A stretch of 64,000 nucleotides of DNA from Sedimentisphaerales bacterium (GCA_963663965.2 CAXXFK010000020.1:32001-96000), one strand, 5' to 3'. Counted from the first letter of the stretch, positions 39,621 to 51,770 are shown. Translations and numbers: made by a program. The notes: a model not told the origin generated them from the letters alone.

Positions 39621-42098
39621 TTATGAATTCGATGAAAGTACTGAAGGATACATATTAGTCCAGCATGAAATCTTATCGATCAGATCATCGATTTCAAAAG
39701 GCTTGCTGAGATAGTCATCCATGCCGGCTTCGAGACAGATTTCGCGATCGCCTTTGACCGCGTTGGCGGTGAGGGCGATAACGGGGATATGGCGACTATC
39801 GGGACAGAATCGTTTGCCGGCGCTTTCTTCGCGCCGAAGTCGGCGGGTTGCCTCAAAACCATCCATAACGGGCATGGCACAATCCATTAAAACCAAATGA
39901 TATTGTTTTTGACCGAGGGCCTGGAGGGCCTGTTGGCCGTTTTCGGCCAGATCACAGAGATAACCGTGTTGAACGATAATCTCGCGAGCGATCTCGGCAT
40001 TGATTTCATTATCTTCAACCAAGAGAATGCGCTTATGGGACACGGACCGGTCCGACTTGCTATTTGAGACGGGCTCATCGGCGTGTTTTGACATATCATT
40101 ATCATCCGGTAAGACGAGATTAGAGAACAGGCGATAGAGCGTCGATTGCAGGATGGGTTTGACCGCGATTTCATTGAAAGCGCAACGCTGGACCTGCTCG
40201 AGACTGTAGTGTTCTGAGGCCATTAAAATGATATCGAGCAGCCGATCCTGGGCATGTTCTTTGAGTTTTCGAGCCAGGATTTCCGGATCCAGATCGGAGA
40301 TGTTCTCATCGATAAAGACCATTTCCCAGTTATTGGCCGGACGTGAGGCGTGTTCGAGCCGATCAATGACCGACCCGGCGCTGGATTCGAAATCAACCGG
40401 GCAACCACAGGAGGTAAGGATTTTTCGGATGTTTGCCCCAACGGATTGATCTTCAGTTACAATAAGGACATTAACGGGAGCGCCAAGATCTACAGACTGG
40501 TTTTCCATCGAGCGGGCTCGCTTGAGGGTGAGACAAAACCAGAAATTCGCGCCCTGACCTTCCTCGCTGTCGACCCCGATAACACCACCCATCATTTCCA
40601 CCAAAAGTTTACAGATGGACAGGCCCAGTCCAGAACCACCGTATTGCCGGGTAGTGGAACTATCGACCTGGCTGAAATGCTGAAAAAGACGATCCTGGCG
40701 TTCTTTTGGGATACCGATCCCGGTATCGATCACCTGGAATTTAACCGTGACTGTTTGCGGGGTCTGGCTTTCAAGAGAGCAGATCACTTCGATACTCCCC
40801 TGACTGGTGAACTTCAAGGCATTACCAACCAGATTAATAAGAACCTGTTTGATACGAAAGGCATCGCCCAGGACCATGGAGGTTAATTCGGGCTGAACCC
40901 AGGACAACAGGCTAAGTTGTTTTTCGGCGGCGCGGATTGCCATCATACTGATGACCTCTTCCTGGAGTGTCAACAGATCAAAAGCCATTTCTTCCAGAGA
41001 CATTTTACCGGCCTCGATTTTGGACAGATCGAGGATATTATCAATTAACGACAGCAGGGTCTGGGCGGAGCCAGCCGCGACCTCGGCGAAATGCTGCTGG
41101 CGCTGATGTAATTCGGTGCGCCGGAGCAGGTTCAGCATGCCGATGATGCCGTTCATAGGCGTACGGATCTCGTGGCTCATGGTAGCGAGGAACTCGCTTT
41201 TGGCCTTATTGGCGGCCTCAGCCTGTTCTTTGGCCCGGAGGTAATCCCGGGTCCGCCGCTGAACCTCCTGTTCGAGGTTATCGCGCGCCTGAGTGACCCG
41301 TTGTTCAGCCAGTTTGCGCTGTTCAATTTCATGATTCAACAAATCGATCGAAGTGGTACTTTCCTGCAGTTCATTCAGCATCCGGTTAAACGCAAGACCA
41401 ATCTGCCCGATATCATCCTGAGCATAGACCGGCACCCGCCGCTCCATGTTGTTTTCCGCGATGATGGATTGAATGGTTTTGAAGATCGCGCTCAACGGGC
41501 GATTTAAAATCAGATTCAAACCCAACAGGAGCAACAAAAAGGCCAGCCCGAAGGTCCCCAGGAAAATCGATAAAAAATGGGTGACCAAATGAACGATTTT
41601 GGCATCGATCACATCCCCCGGGGCCGAGATGTAAACCGAATAAAGGGAGTTCTCGCCCGGCATTTCAGACAAAGGAATCAAGGCAAAATAGCAGCGATCT
41701 CCATCCGGATTTCGACCGGTGATTTCCTTTCCGGTTTTTTTCAGCCAGAGTTTGGCATGACTGGCATCGAGATTGGTGTTGGCGACCTGGGATCGATTTT
41801 GAAAAATAATCCGACCCTCATCATTCATAATCGCGGCATATTGTATGACTTTATTCCGGTTCACCAGATCGTCACAAACCCGATCGAATCCTTCGATATC
41901 TTCAACGGCGATTCCCAGCGAACGAATCCGGTTCAGCTGACTTTTGAGTTCCCCCCCCACCACCAGCAGGGAGGAATGGAGTTCGGCAAGATAAGCCTGC
42001 CGCATGCCCTGGCTGATAAAATAAACACTGACCACACTGGACGTCATCAGCGTCAGCGAAAAATAAATCAAGATTTTACCACGAACACTAAATTTCAT
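39621..42098 (-). CDS. Hybrid sensor histidine kinase (2 TM, HAMP, HisKA, HATPase, two receiver domains)
   Basis: [51 protein letters not shown]...LMDCAMP...DDYLSKP. Confidence 0.95.
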   Translation of the reverse strand: MKFSVRGKILIYFSLTLMTSSVVSVYFISQGMRQAYLAELHSSLLVVGGELKSQLNRIRSLGIAVEDIEGFDRVCDDLVNRNKVIQYAAIMNDEGRIIFQNRSQVANTNLDASHAKLWLKKTGKEITGRNPDGDRCYFALIPLSEMPGENSLYSVYISAPGDVIDAKIVHLVTHFLSIFLGTFGLAFLLLLLGLNLILNRPLSAIFKTIQSIIAENNMERRVPVYAQDDIGQIGLAFNRMLNELQESTTSIDLLNHEIEQRKLAEQRVTQARDNLEQEVQRRTRDYLRAKEQAEAANKAKSEFLATMSHEIRTPMNGIIGMLNLLRRTELHQRQQHFAEVAAGSAQTLLSLIDNILDLSKIEAGKMSLEEMAFDLLTLQEEVISMMAIRAAEKQLSLLSWVQPELTSMVLGDAFRIKQVLINLVGNALKFTSQGSIEVICSLESQTPQTVTVKFQVIDTGIGIPKERQDRLFQHFSQVDSSTTRQYGGSGLGLSICKLLVEMMGGVIGVDSEEGQGANFWFCLTLKRARSMENQSVDLGAPVNVLIVTEDQSVGANIRKILTSCGCPVDFESSAGSVIDRLEHASRPANNWEMVFIDENISDLDPEILARKLKEHAQDRLLDIILMASEHYSLEQVQRCAFNEIAVKPILQSTLYRLFSNLVLPDDNDMSKHADEPVSNSKSDRSVSHKRILLVEDNEINAEIAREIIVQHGYLCDLAENGQQALQALGQKQYHLVLMDCAMPVMDGFEATRRLRREESAGKRFCPDSRHIPVIALTANAVKGDREICLEAGMDDYLSKPFEIDDLIDKISCWTNMYPSVLSSNS

Positions 42099-42115
42099 TT
42101 CGGGGCTCGACTTCG

Positions 42116-43210
42116 CTACGGCAGGGTACTATGGCGAATGACTTCGGCGCTGAGCAGGGTTTCGGCATCCGGTTTAATTTTCAGTCGTTCGGCTGTTTGC
42201 AAATTGATCAGGGGTATCCCTTCTTCCGTGGATTTCATGGGCAAATCCGACGGGGCCAATCCCTCCGCCAGAATTCGATGAGCCAGCAAGCCGGCCTGAT
42301 AACCCTGGGCCTCGCCGGAAACCGCCATGGAACAAAGCGTCCCTTTTTCGACCCGATCCTTCCAGAAGCTGAAATCCGGCAGGTGGGAATGTTCTGCGAG
42401 CCAGGAAATCACCGTTTCCATCGGAACATTCGCTCCGGTTTCATCTTTAAATTCAAATATTCCAAAGAACCCGATCGCATCCACGCTATTCTGACAATCC
42501 AACACTTTCTGCCTGAACGCATCGTAGTTATCTATCAATTCATAACCCACCACTTCAACGCTGTCGACCGAGGCCATCTGCTTTTTCATGCGTTCGAGCA
42601 TTGGCGGCCACATCTTGCCATTATCGCTGAGCATCATCACTTTTTTCACATCGGGTTTGAGTTTTTTGAGCAGATTGACGGTACCGACGTAATGCATCCG
42701 TTCGAGAATCCCGGTGATATTTTTTGCTTTGTCAAACCCATATTCCGACGGATCGGCATTAACCGCACTGAAGACCAAGGGGATTCCAGAATTGATATAA
42801 TCTTTACAGACATAGATCTGGACATTGTCATCATTGGTATAAACCAGATCCGGCTTCCAAGTATCGATGGTCTCTTTAATGTCAGCCGTGATCTGCCGGA
42901 TCCAGGCCTCATCGCTGCGGCGCTTGGTATCCATCTGCATAATCTTATATTCGACCTTCAGATCCTGCAGGGCGGATTGGAAACCTTTTAACTGGTCATC
43001 CGTCCATTTCCAGGGCGAATGATAACTCATCACATGCAGGATTTTGAATTCCCGATCGGGTTGGGATTGACTTGCGGATTTGTTTTCGTCACGGACCGGG
43101 GTGGGATTATCACTGGCCGGGCACCCGGCCAGCGCCCCAATTATCCCCATCGCAATCAGACCGGTACAACCCCATAGCAATCGTTGTTTCCATAAAAGTT
43201 TTTTTATCAT
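42116..43210 (-). CDS. ABC-type substrate-binding-like lipoprotein, probable sensory partner of the kinase
   Basis: Lipobox [38 protein letters not shown]; 17 bp upstream of the kinase gene. Confidence 0.8.
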   Translation of the reverse strand: MIKKLLWKQRLLWGCTGLIAMGIIGALAGCPASDNPTPVRDENKSASQSQPDREFKILHVMSYHSPWKWTDDQLKGFQSALQDLKVEYKIMQMDTKRRSDEAWIRQITADIKETIDTWKPDLVYTNDDNVQIYVCKDYINSGIPLVFSAVNADPSEYGFDKAKNITGILERMHYVGTVNLLKKLKPDVKKVMMLSDNGKMWPPMLERMKKQMASVDSVEVVGYELIDNYDAFRQKVLDCQNSVDAIGFFGIFEFKDETGANVPMETVISWLAEHSHLPDFSFWKDRVEKGTLCSMAVSGEAQGYQAGLLAHRILAEGLAPSDLPMKSTEEGIPLINLQTAERLKIKPDAETLLSAEVIRHSTLP

Positions 43211-43648
43211 GATCAGCTCGCTCTCAACTTCTAAATTACAATGCCACTCTATCAAAAAGATCCACTGTTCCCCTGAAAAACTATCGTATGGCATAAAAAC
43301 CCACTTAAGTTATTATTACTTATTATCAATGGCGCCTGTCATAAACTGGCCGGACCAGACATTCATTCTTCCAACCGTGATAGCGACCGATTACTAACCG
43401 CCCCCCCAATCCCCTGTTATGCCGCCTGCTTAATCTTTTTTAAGGACTGGTATGATAATCAGTTATATTGGCCCCACGATTAAGAAACGATGATCGCCCT
43501 TTCAAGAGTCGACTGATAAAAAAAGACCTTGTCAATCAGTTGGCCGCTGGCGATTATCCGGTGACAAGCGAACTTCGCCGGATCGCACCCGATATGGGAC
43601 GTTTGCAAAAAGTTTGTTTTGACCCAATGATCCGCAAGCCATCACGGA

Positions 43649-45259
43649 TTACTTGATTTTGAATATTTTCAATTCATCGTGTTTGAGCCCGGCGGCGGCG
43701 CCCAGATAGGTGGCCAGGCACAGGGAGGTGACTATCAGCAACTGCCAGACATCGGCCAGTGAGCGGGTAAGGCGCATGGCAATGACGCCGGCGATGGCCA
43801 TGGCGGCGGAGGCAGCGAGGGTTTTGAGAATGGAGCCGGTGAGGCGTTCTTTCAGATAGAGTTGATAGCGCCGCACCAGAATGATCATCAGGAAGATCAC
43901 CTGAATCATGGCACAGATCGCCGTAGAAAGCGCCAGGCCGCCGGTGGCCAGTGGCCAGATCAGAATCAGGTTGAGAATGAAATTCAAGGCAATCACGCGT
44001 ACGGCAACAAAGACGGGGGTTTTGGAGTCCTGAAAGGAATAAAAGCCGCGAATAATTAATTGCTGCATGAAATAGGCGACAATACCGAGCGAGTAATAGA
44101 ACAGGGTCATGGCGGTGGCGGCGGAATCGGCGGCAGTGAACTGGTTGCCCTGGAGGAGCGCGACGACCAGGGGTTTTCGCAACAGGATCAGGCCAATAGT
44201 GGCAGGGACACCGATAAATAATACCACGCGGAGACCCTGGGAAAAGATATGGTTGAATTCGGCCCGCTGTTCGAGGGCGGTGACCCGGCTGAGATAGGGG
44301 AAGATCGCGGTAGCGAGGGCGATACCGAACACGCCCAGGGGGACCTGATAGCAGCGCTGGGCATAGAACAGGTAGGAGACGGATCCTTCGGCGACGGGAT
44401 ACTGGATGGTCCAGCCAAAAAGTTGAAAGGCCGGGCCGGTCTGTTCGGTGGCGGATAGAAAAAAGGCGATGAGGTTGTCGGCCAGGGTATTGAGCTGCAC
44501 GGCGGTCAGGCCGACGACCATGGGCATCATTAACGACATAATGGTGCGCACGGGGGATTCGTGGAAGATCATTCTCGGCCGGACGGAAATCCCTTTGCGT
44601 GCGAGTATGGGAATCAAAAGCCCGACTTGCAGAAAACCGGAAACAGTGACCGCGGTGGCAACGACATAAACCTGACGCCAGGGATCGTCACCCAGAACCC
44701 CGCGAAAGAGATAGACACCGGCGATAAAGACGCAATTGAAAATCAGCGGAGTCAGAGCCGGCAGACTGAAGTGGTCGTGGACGTTCAAGATGGCCGACAT
44801 GGCGGCGGCCAGGCAGACCAGAATCATATAGGGCAACATGATCATGGTCAGATCGAGCATGATGCGGGTGGTCTGGGCCTGATCGGGACCAAGCCAGCGA
44901 AACAGGGCAATCCCGATGATCCCCAGTAATGTCAGTGTGGATAAGACCAGCGTCAGCAAGGTCAGGACGCTGTTGACCAGTTGGCCGGCGGTTGCGGGTG
45001 TTTCCTGGCGTTGCTGGGTATAGACAGGGATCAACGCGGAGGTGAGCGCCCCTTCGCCAAAGATACGGCGGGAGAGGTTGGGGATCATGAAGGGGATATA
45101 AAAATAGTGCATGATCTGGGCGCCGAAATAGCGCGAACAGATGGCATCGCGGACCAAACCCAAAATACGGCTGGCCAGGGTCAGGATGGCGATCATCCGG
45201 GCCGGACGTAAGAAGGAGCGGGAGGATGTTTTGGGGTCGGCCATATTATTTTGAAACAC
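43649..45259 (-). CDS. murJ: Lipid II flippase MurJ (MviN)
   Basis: LTLASRILGLVRD, IPNLSRRIFGEGALTSALIP, QVPLGVFGIALATAIFP, RGFYSFQDSKTP. Confidence 0.93.
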   Translation of the reverse strand: MFQNNMADPKTSSRSFLRPARMIAILTLASRILGLVRDAICSRYFGAQIMHYFYIPFMIPNLSRRIFGEGALTSALIPVYTQQRQETPATAGQLVNSVLTLLTLVLSTLTLLGIIGIALFRWLGPDQAQTTRIMLDLTMIMLPYMILVCLAAAMSAILNVHDHFSLPALTPLIFNCVFIAGVYLFRGVLGDDPWRQVYVVATAVTVSGFLQVGLLIPILARKGISVRPRMIFHESPVRTIMSLMMPMVVGLTAVQLNTLADNLIAFFLSATEQTGPAFQLFGWTIQYPVAEGSVSYLFYAQRCYQVPLGVFGIALATAIFPYLSRVTALEQRAEFNHIFSQGLRVVLFIGVPATIGLILLRKPLVVALLQGNQFTAADSAATAMTLFYYSLGIVAYFMQQLIIRGFYSFQDSKTPVFVAVRVIALNFILNLILIWPLATGGLALSTAICAMIQVIFLMIILVRRYQLYLKERLTGSILKTLAASAAMAIAGVIAMRLTRSLADVWQLLIVTSLCLATYLGAAAGLKHDELKIFKIK

Positions 45260-45295
45260 CAGAATCCCTGAGGATCGGCGTTATCTGAAAGCTAT

Positions 45296-45331
45296 AAAAA
45301 AAGGCATTGAAGCGTCGCCACTCCAATGCCT
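45296..45331 (-). terminator. Intrinsic terminator after the PPIase gene
   Basis: AGGCATTG...CAATGCCT stem followed by a T-tract on the minus strand. Confidence 0.65.
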
Positions 45332-45367
45332 GCTGGTTTATCCCTATCGGCGTTCAGCCATCAGGCC

Positions 45368-46303
45368 TTATTTGCCAGGCGACGAAACGGCGTTTTCGCT
45401 CTGGCGGGCTTTTTCTGCAGCTTCCTGCTGTTTTTTCATTTGTTCTTCACGTTGTTTCGTCAGACGATCGGATTCCTTTACGGGTGACTTTTCTTTCAGA
45501 TCGTTAATCACCTTTTGGGGATAATCGGCCTGTGCCTGTCGATTCAACTGCTGAATGATCTGGTCTTTGATTTCATCGAAGGCGGGCATGCGTTCCAGCC
45601 GCACGGATTTGACCCGGATGATTTCAAAACCCTTCATGCCCAGGAACGGCCCCAGAACCTCGTTGGGTTTGGCGTTTTTGACCGCTTCGGCGGCTTGGTC
45701 GCCCAAGGCAACCTTTAAGCGATCCCAGGGGGTATTGAACAAGCGGCCCCGCATGCGGTCTTCGGGCCCCTGATAATATTTCTGATAGATGGCGTTAAAG
45801 TCGGCATCGGCTTTTTGCAGGTCTTCCATAGCCGCTTTGGCCTGATCACGCTGCTGAAGAGTCAGATGTTCCACATTGGCCATAAACTGCTGTTTGTATT
45901 TATCGGGATTGGCATCGTACTCGGCTTTCGCCTGTTCATCCGTCGCTTTAGGCGCGTCTTCGGTGAGTACCTTGGTGAGCAGGTTGCCCAGGAAATAGTC
46001 CTGATAGAGTTGTAGAATAAACTGGCCTTCCGGGGTCTTATCGAGACCACGGCGGCGAGCTTCCTGAGCTTTGAGCTGGATATCGACCCAGAAATCGGCG
46101 GCGCTGATCAGATCGTTCCCGGCGCGATTTTCGAGCATGACATCGATTTGCCAGCCTTTCAGTTCGGCGTTTCCCATCTTAACAACTGTTTCATCGGCGG
46201 CCGGTTTATCGGCGGGGTCGGGTTGGGGCTCCTGCTGGCACCAGGCGGATGCCGTGGCGGCGATCAGAATTAAAAATGCAATTCGGTAATGATTCTTTTT
46301 CAT
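45368..46303 (-). CDS. PpiC/parvulin-type peptidyl-prolyl isomerase-like exported protein
   Basis: Signal peptide; QEARRRGLDK; EYDANPDKY...VEHL; LGPF...GFEIIRV...PAFDEIKDQI. Confidence 0.75.
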   Translation of the reverse strand: MKKNHYRIAFLILIAATASAWCQQEPQPDPADKPAADETVVKMGNAELKGWQIDVMLENRAGNDLISAADFWVDIQLKAQEARRRGLDKTPEGQFILQLYQDYFLGNLLTKVLTEDAPKATDEQAKAEYDANPDKYKQQFMANVEHLTLQQRDQAKAAMEDLQKADADFNAIYQKYYQGPEDRMRGRLFNTPWDRLKVALGDQAAEAVKNAKPNEVLGPFLGMKGFEIIRVKSVRLERMPAFDEIKDQIIQQLNRQAQADYPQKVINDLKEKSPVKESDRLTKQREEQMKKQQEAAEKARQSENAVSSPGK

Positions 46304-46387
46304 GTCACTCTCCTTCGACTCGAATTGTTATGACAGATAAAGTAAACGCCGTGACTTGGTTGTTCACGGCTTTAAACAACAACACAA

Positions 46388-48649
46388 TCAGGAAGGATCC
46401 TTGGGAGATTCAGATCCGGGTTCATTGTCAGCGGTTTTTTCTTCTTCCGGTTCGGTTTCTTCCCTGGCAGGATGTGCCAGTTTAAAACCGGATCGTTTTT
46501 TGATGTTATCCGGATTGAAATGCACCAGAGCGAGCCGGCCCTGAGCGCTGTTGAGCAACTGATGGGCGGTGGCTGCTTTATAATTGAGGTACTGGTCTTT
46601 GTTGGTCGGTTCGACGGTCAGGTTTTTAAAGACCAGACAGGAGGTTTCTTCGAAATTTTTATAAAGCGGCAATTCGCCTTCCGGTTTGCCTTCATAATCA
46701 CGGTAAGTTTTGGCGCAGTTTTCCATCAGTTTACGGATACGGTTGAGCGCCTGGGAATAGTAAGATTGCGATTGCGGATTCTGCTGCATCATATCGCGGT
46801 AGCGATCCATCATATCTTTCTGGCTCTGGATCTCTTCGGTACGCAAGCGGTCCCAGGTGTCATTGGGGTCTTTGCGCAGCTGATCGTTGAAGGTTTTCAA
46901 AGCGCCGGTCCAGTCGTCTTTGGCGGCCTTGGCGAAGGCTTCGGCCTGTTCACAGGCAATTTCGAACGCCTTCATTTTTTTCCAGTCGCTGGTGATTGCC
47001 TCCTTGAGATCATTTTTTCCATCATCCAGCGGGGCCACACCGGCCCCCCCCTGACGGCCATCGTCAGTGAGCGAGACCGGTTCCCGTTCGCGATCGACCG
47101 CAACGATGCGGACAATATAGGCTTTTTCGGGCTTGCTGTTATACCCCCAGGTCTGGGCCGTCGTGATGTCTTCCATGAGCTTAACCGGGGGCTCATCGAG
47201 ACGAATCGCCGGCCGGTCGCGCAACGGTTCGCAATTAAAGATCATATTCATCAGACCGGCGCCCTGTCGGCCCGAACGGATAATACGAGCGCGGCCCAGA
47301 CTGGACTGATCAAAGCCGGAGGCCTTTTCGTAGTTCATAAAATCGGTATGCTGGAACTGAATTTTGACCTCATCCGTGGAATATTTCTCAGCAATTTTCT
47401 GATAATCGACCGGTTTAACATCGGCGTTCTGAATGGCCTGGCTGGCTTCTGCGAGAATCCGAGTCACTTTGGCTACGGCCTGCTGGCGGAGGTAATCCCC
47501 CTTGACCTGGTCGCAGGCCTGATCGTAGGTCTGGTACTTCGGTTCGCTATTTTCACTGGTCTGGGCGGCGCGATCGGGATAATCCTGTTTGTGTTCGGAC
47601 CAGTAGGACTGGAGCCGGTCTTCCTGATCGACGAACGACAGCTTTTCAAATTCGGCTTTGGCGGGCGCCTCAGCCGCGACAATATCGAATGACAGGACAT
47701 CCAGCTGAATCCGATCCCCCAGTTTATATCCAAATCGATAGGGATTATTGGCAATCAGTTCTTCGGCGACCTGCTGATCGGGTCGGACGTTTTTGAACTG
47801 ATCGAATAACTTCTGCAGATCCTCATCGGTGGGTTCGCCGATTTTTTCACGGAAGTAACTGTCGCGGAACGTCACATAGGAGCCATCCACCTGCTCGGTA
47901 TCCAGGACATCGCGGACACTTTTGCGAATTTCATTTTCACTGATCACATCGCCATCGGTGACCATATCGGCATAGAGCATAATCGAGATCAGATCGCCAA
48001 TTGCCGCACGGAATTCAGTCTGAGTCAGACCATTACGATTCAGGACACCGGCCAGATCGGGATTGCCCAACTGGGCGCCCAGTTGCCGGCGAGTTTCCAT
48101 AACGACATTAATCTGCTCTTCAGTGGCGAAGATACCGGCCTGATGGGCTTCCTGGGCCAGTAGCAGGAACAAAACGCGGGAATCGCCCTGGTCAGTATCA
48201 AAAATCGCGTCGATTTCGGCAGTGATTTTTTCGTAGGATTCATCATCCTGCGACCACGATCCGGCCATCTGATAGAGCATGGAGCGGAGTGAATAAACCC
48301 CCATCTGGCTCATGAAAATCGGATCACCAAAGACCAGGAAATGGGTCAGCATGGTCGGTACCGGACCGACGCCGCCGAGATCGGGGATCTGGGAAAAGAA
48401 TCCCAACTGGGACAACCGTTTGACACCAAATTCTTCCAGGGCCTGCAATTGACGATGGCACATACTCAGAGTCGATTGGCGGATCGTCATTTTTTCGCCG
48501 TCCGGATAGATGGCCTGGGCAAACACTTCATCTTTGCCGCCACGATTACGGCCTTTGCCGGTAAAAGGCAGCAGAAATATCACCATGATAGGTACTGCAA
48601 TCCATACCATAATTATTTTACTATTTTTACGAAGCCATTGCATAGCCAT
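46388..48649 (-). CDS. PpiD/SurA N-terminal-like membrane-anchored periplasmic chaperone
   Basis: MQWLRKNSK.IMV N-terminal anchor; LLAQEAHQAGI; ISENEIR; EPTDEDLQKLFDQFK; co-oriented with the PPIase gene. Confidence 0.65.
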   Translation of the reverse strand: MAMQWLRKNSKIIMVWIAVPIMVIFLLPFTGKGRNRGGKDEVFAQAIYPDGEKMTIRQSTLSMCHRQLQALEEFGVKRLSQLGFFSQIPDLGGVGPVPTMLTHFLVFGDPIFMSQMGVYSLRSMLYQMAGSWSQDDESYEKITAEIDAIFDTDQGDSRVLFLLLAQEAHQAGIFATEEQINVVMETRRQLGAQLGNPDLAGVLNRNGLTQTEFRAAIGDLISIMLYADMVTDGDVISENEIRKSVRDVLDTEQVDGSYVTFRDSYFREKIGEPTDEDLQKLFDQFKNVRPDQQVAEELIANNPYRFGYKLGDRIQLDVLSFDIVAAEAPAKAEFEKLSFVDQEDRLQSYWSEHKQDYPDRAAQTSENSEPKYQTYDQACDQVKGDYLRQQAVAKVTRILAEASQAIQNADVKPVDYQKIAEKYSTDEVKIQFQHTDFMNYEKASGFDQSSLGRARIIRSGRQGAGLMNMIFNCEPLRDRPAIRLDEPPVKLMEDITTAQTWGYNSKPEKAYIVRIVAVDREREPVSLTDDGRQGGAGVAPLDDGKNDLKEAITSDWKKMKAFEIACEQAEAFAKAAKDDWTGALKTFNDQLRKDPNDTWDRLRTEEIQSQKDMMDRYRDMMQQNPQSQSYYSQALNRIRKLMENCAKTYRDYEGKPEGELPLYKNFEETSCLVFKNLTVEPTNKDQYLNYKAATAHQLLNSAQGRLALVHFNPDNIKKRSGFKLAHPAREETEPEEEKTADNEPGSESPKDPS

Positions 48650-49301
48650 GTACGATCACTCCAAAATTATTAACAGATACACCTTATGGATGGTGGTTCA
48701 ACCGCCCAAAATTCAGGGGCAGAACCGGTCCATTCAACAAATCAAGAATTTGATAGTATAAATCAAATAATCCGCAATAGCAATCATAAATCAGGTATTT
48801 GACATGGTTTCGAAACCGTGGCGGAACAGGCGGCCGGAGTCTGTCCGATAATACAAAGTTTATAAGCATTCGCCAAGGAAATGAGAAAAGATTATAGGGC
48901 CCTCGCCTGCTGGGCGGCCCTCAAAATCACTTTAATCCATTTAATTGATATAAATTATCACTGGCGAATAACGCGCAAACCGAGCAAAAAAATAAAATTT
49001 TCGTAACATTCTTTTAAATATACACTTAGATGTCAATCTAAAAACAATTATCACACGGTCGTTTACTGAATAAGCTTGACAATCATGAATGGGTTTGTTA
49101 ATTGGCTCCTTTCTGATACTGAAAAATTTGAGAAAATAACATTTTGAATGATTAAAATACCAGATAGAAACGACAGATATTCAAAAAACGCGTTCCCGGT
49201 ATTGCAGTCATACTGATGGACGGCCCTTCAGAGGGTCTGATCATATACCTAAATATATACCAATTAAGCGATAAAAATTGCTGGAAATGGAATAGGAATC
49301 A

Positions 49302-51740
49302 ATGAGTTCAGCCGCATCGCTCGTCATTGTCGAGTCGCCCGCCAAGGCGAAGACTATAAATAAGTATCTGGGCAAGAATTATAAGGTCATGGCCAGTATG
49401 GGTCATATCCGTGACTTGCCCGACAAATCTCTGGCAGTTGACGTCGACAATGATTTCGAACCCACCTACCAGATCATTCAAACCCGCAAAAAAACGCTGT
49501 CGGATCTGAAAAAGGCGGCCAAAGACGCGCCGATGATTTATCTGGCGGCTGACTTGGACCGGGAAGGAGAAGCGATCGCCTGGCATCTGACCGAAGCGTT
49601 AAAGATTCCCAAAGATAAATTTTGCCGGGTGGTGTTCAATTCGATCACCAAATCCAGTATTCAAAATGCCTTTAACCAGCCTCATCAACTGGATATGGAC
49701 AAGGTTTATGCCCAACAGGCGCGCCGGATCCTGGACCGGATCGTGGGTTATCAGATCAGTCCCTTGCTATGGAAAAAAGTAGCCCGTGGTCTGTCTGCCG
49801 GGCGGGTACAATCGGTCGCCGTTAAATTGATCGTCGATCGTGAAAAAGAGATCCTGGCATTTGTACCGGAAGAATACTGGAAAATCAGCGGTCTGTTCTG
49901 CAGCAGCAACAAACCGGAGTTGGAGAACGCGTATCAGGAATTCATTGGAACCCATGGCGACAAGGGTCCGACTCAAAAACAAAAAGCGGAATGGATGTAT
50001 GAACATGGCTGTCTGGATACCCAATTGACGACGATTGCCGGCCAACCGTTTCGGCCGGGCGACGCCGCGGAATCCCAGGCGGTATACACGGCCCTTTCTC
50101 CGGCGGAGTTCCGGGTACTGGAAATTGAAACCCGAGAGAACAAGTCGAAACCCCCGGCGCCCTTTATTACCTCGACCTTGCAGCAGCAATCGGCCACCCG
50201 GCTGGGCTACAGCACTAAAAGTACCATGCGACTGGCCCAGCAGCTCTATGAAGGCGTGGAAGTGAGCGGTTTGGGAAGCGTGGGTCTGATTACCTATATG
50301 CGTACAGACAGCACGCACCTGGCTGAAGAGTCTATTGCCATGGCGCGCAGTTTTATCCAGAGCAACTATGGGGATGCCTATTTACCGAATGCGCCCATCA
50401 TCTACGAAAAGAACCGAAAAACCGCCCAGGAAGCCCATGAAGCGATCCGTCCAACCGATGTGACCCTGACCCCGGACCGGGTCAAAGGCGACCTGACCCC
50501 CCAGCAATACAAATTGTATGAATTGATCTGGAAACGCTTTGTCGCCTGTCAGATGACAGCCGCCATCTGGGATGTTACGATTGTGCAAATCGGTGCAGAC
50601 ACCACGATGGGTCAGGCGATATTCAGGACCACAGGCCGGAAACTGGTATTCGACGGCTTTATGAAGGTCAGCGGCATAACCGTATCCGGCGGCGATCAGA
50701 TTCTGCCGCATCTGGATACCGGTCAACAGGTATTTCCGGTCCATATCAATAACACCCAGCATTTTACTTCGCCGCCGCCCCGCTATACCGAAGCGTCCCT
50801 GGTGAAAATGCTGGAAGCGGAAGGAATCGGACGGCCGAGTACTTACGCAACGATCATATCGACGATTCAGGATCGCGGTTATGTGGAACAGCTGGACAAG
50901 AAATTTCACGCAACGGACCTGGGGATGGTGGTGACGGCCAAGCTGGAGGATCATTTTCCCCGGGTGATGGACCTGCAATTCACCAGTCATATGGAAGAGC
51001 AGCTGGATAAGATCGAAGAGCAACACCTGAACTGGGTTCAGGTGTTGAGTGAATTTTACGGGCCGTTCAAGGAAAGCCTGGAGCGGGCGCATGATGAAAT
51101 GAAACACGCGAAGGCCGAGACGCAGCCTTCGGACTTCGATTGTCCGGATTGCGGCAAGAAGCTGGTATACCGGTTTGGCAAGAACGGCCGGTTTTTATCG
51201 TGTGAGGCGTATCCCGACTGCAAATTTGCCGCACCGTGCGATCGGGATGGTAATATTGCCAAGCCGGAAGAGACCGAGCACAAATGTCCCAACTGCGGTA
51301 AAGCGATGATCCTGAGAAAGGGCCGGTTTGGCTCGTTTCTGGGTTGCAGCGATTATCCGGAATGCAAGACCACGCAGAAAGTGGATAAAGACGGGAATGT
51401 ACAGCCACCCAAAGCGCCGCCGCAGCCATCGGGATTACGTTGTCAGAAATGCGCGGAAGGCGAACTGGTGATTCGAGACAGCAAGCGCGGTCCGTTCCTG
51501 GGGTGTAACCGGTTCCCGAAATGCCGGAATATTATCAGTATGAAACAGCTGGATCATCTGAAGGAATTGCAGGCCCAGGGCATCTGGCCGCCGAAAACCA
51601 TTGAAGAGGCTGATGAATTGCTGGGGCGCAGCAAAAAAACCAGCGCTAAAAAAGAAGACGATACTGAAAAGCCCGCCCAAAAGGCCAAACCCACCCGTAA
51701 GAAACCAGAAGCCATGGAGGAGAGCGAAGTCCCGTTCTGA
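49302..51740 (+). CDS. topA: DNA topoisomerase I with three C-terminal zinc ribbons
   Basis: LVIVESPAKAKTI, DLDREGEAI, SAGRVQS, GLITYMRTDS, AQEAHEAIRPT, GIGRPSTYA; CPDC, CPNC and CQKC ribbons. Confidence 0.98.
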   Translation: MSSAASLVIVESPAKAKTINKYLGKNYKVMASMGHIRDLPDKSLAVDVDNDFEPTYQIIQTRKKTLSDLKKAAKDAPMIYLAADLDREGEAIAWHLTEALKIPKDKFCRVVFNSITKSSIQNAFNQPHQLDMDKVYAQQARRILDRIVGYQISPLLWKKVARGLSAGRVQSVAVKLIVDREKEILAFVPEEYWKISGLFCSSNKPELENAYQEFIGTHGDKGPTQKQKAEWMYEHGCLDTQLTTIAGQPFRPGDAAESQAVYTALSPAEFRVLEIETRENKSKPPAPFITSTLQQQSATRLGYSTKSTMRLAQQLYEGVEVSGLGSVGLITYMRTDSTHLAEESIAMARSFIQSNYGDAYLPNAPIIYEKNRKTAQEAHEAIRPTDVTLTPDRVKGDLTPQQYKLYELIWKRFVACQMTAAIWDVTIVQIGADTTMGQAIFRTTGRKLVFDGFMKVSGITVSGGDQILPHLDTGQQVFPVHINNTQHFTSPPPRYTEASLVKMLEAEGIGRPSTYATIISTIQDRGYVEQLDKKFHATDLGMVVTAKLEDHFPRVMDLQFTSHMEEQLDKIEEQHLNWVQVLSEFYGPFKESLERAHDEMKHAKAETQPSDFDCPDCGKKLVYRFGKNGRFLSCEAYPDCKFAAPCDRDGNIAKPEETEHKCPNCGKAMILRKGRFGSFLGCSDYPECKTTQKVDKDGNVQPPKAPPQPSGLRCQKCAEGELVIRDSKRGPFLGCNRFPKCRNIISMKQLDHLKELQAQGIWPPKTIEEADELLGRSKKTSAKKEDDTEKPAQKAKPTRKKPEAMEESEVPF

Positions 51741-51770
51741 TTTCGTGGTGGATAGAAACCGAATGAAGCT

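Noticed and set aside
46472..47692. 406-aa + strand ORF, and similar ORFs at 42131..42991, 41577..42281, 34824..35600 and 50382..51107
   Set aside because: All lie essentially antisense to well-supported genes and read as shadow translations.
48803..48921. Hairpins in the intergenic region between the PpiD-like gene and topA (CATGGTTTCGAAACCGTG and others) as an ncRNA
   Set aside because: Short stems with no recognisable family signature; insufficient evidence from sequence alone.
49031..49065. TGTCAATCTAAAAACAATTATCACACGG as another motif copy
   Set aside because: Cannot be aligned without gaps and lacks the CTGTGT...ATAAA arm.
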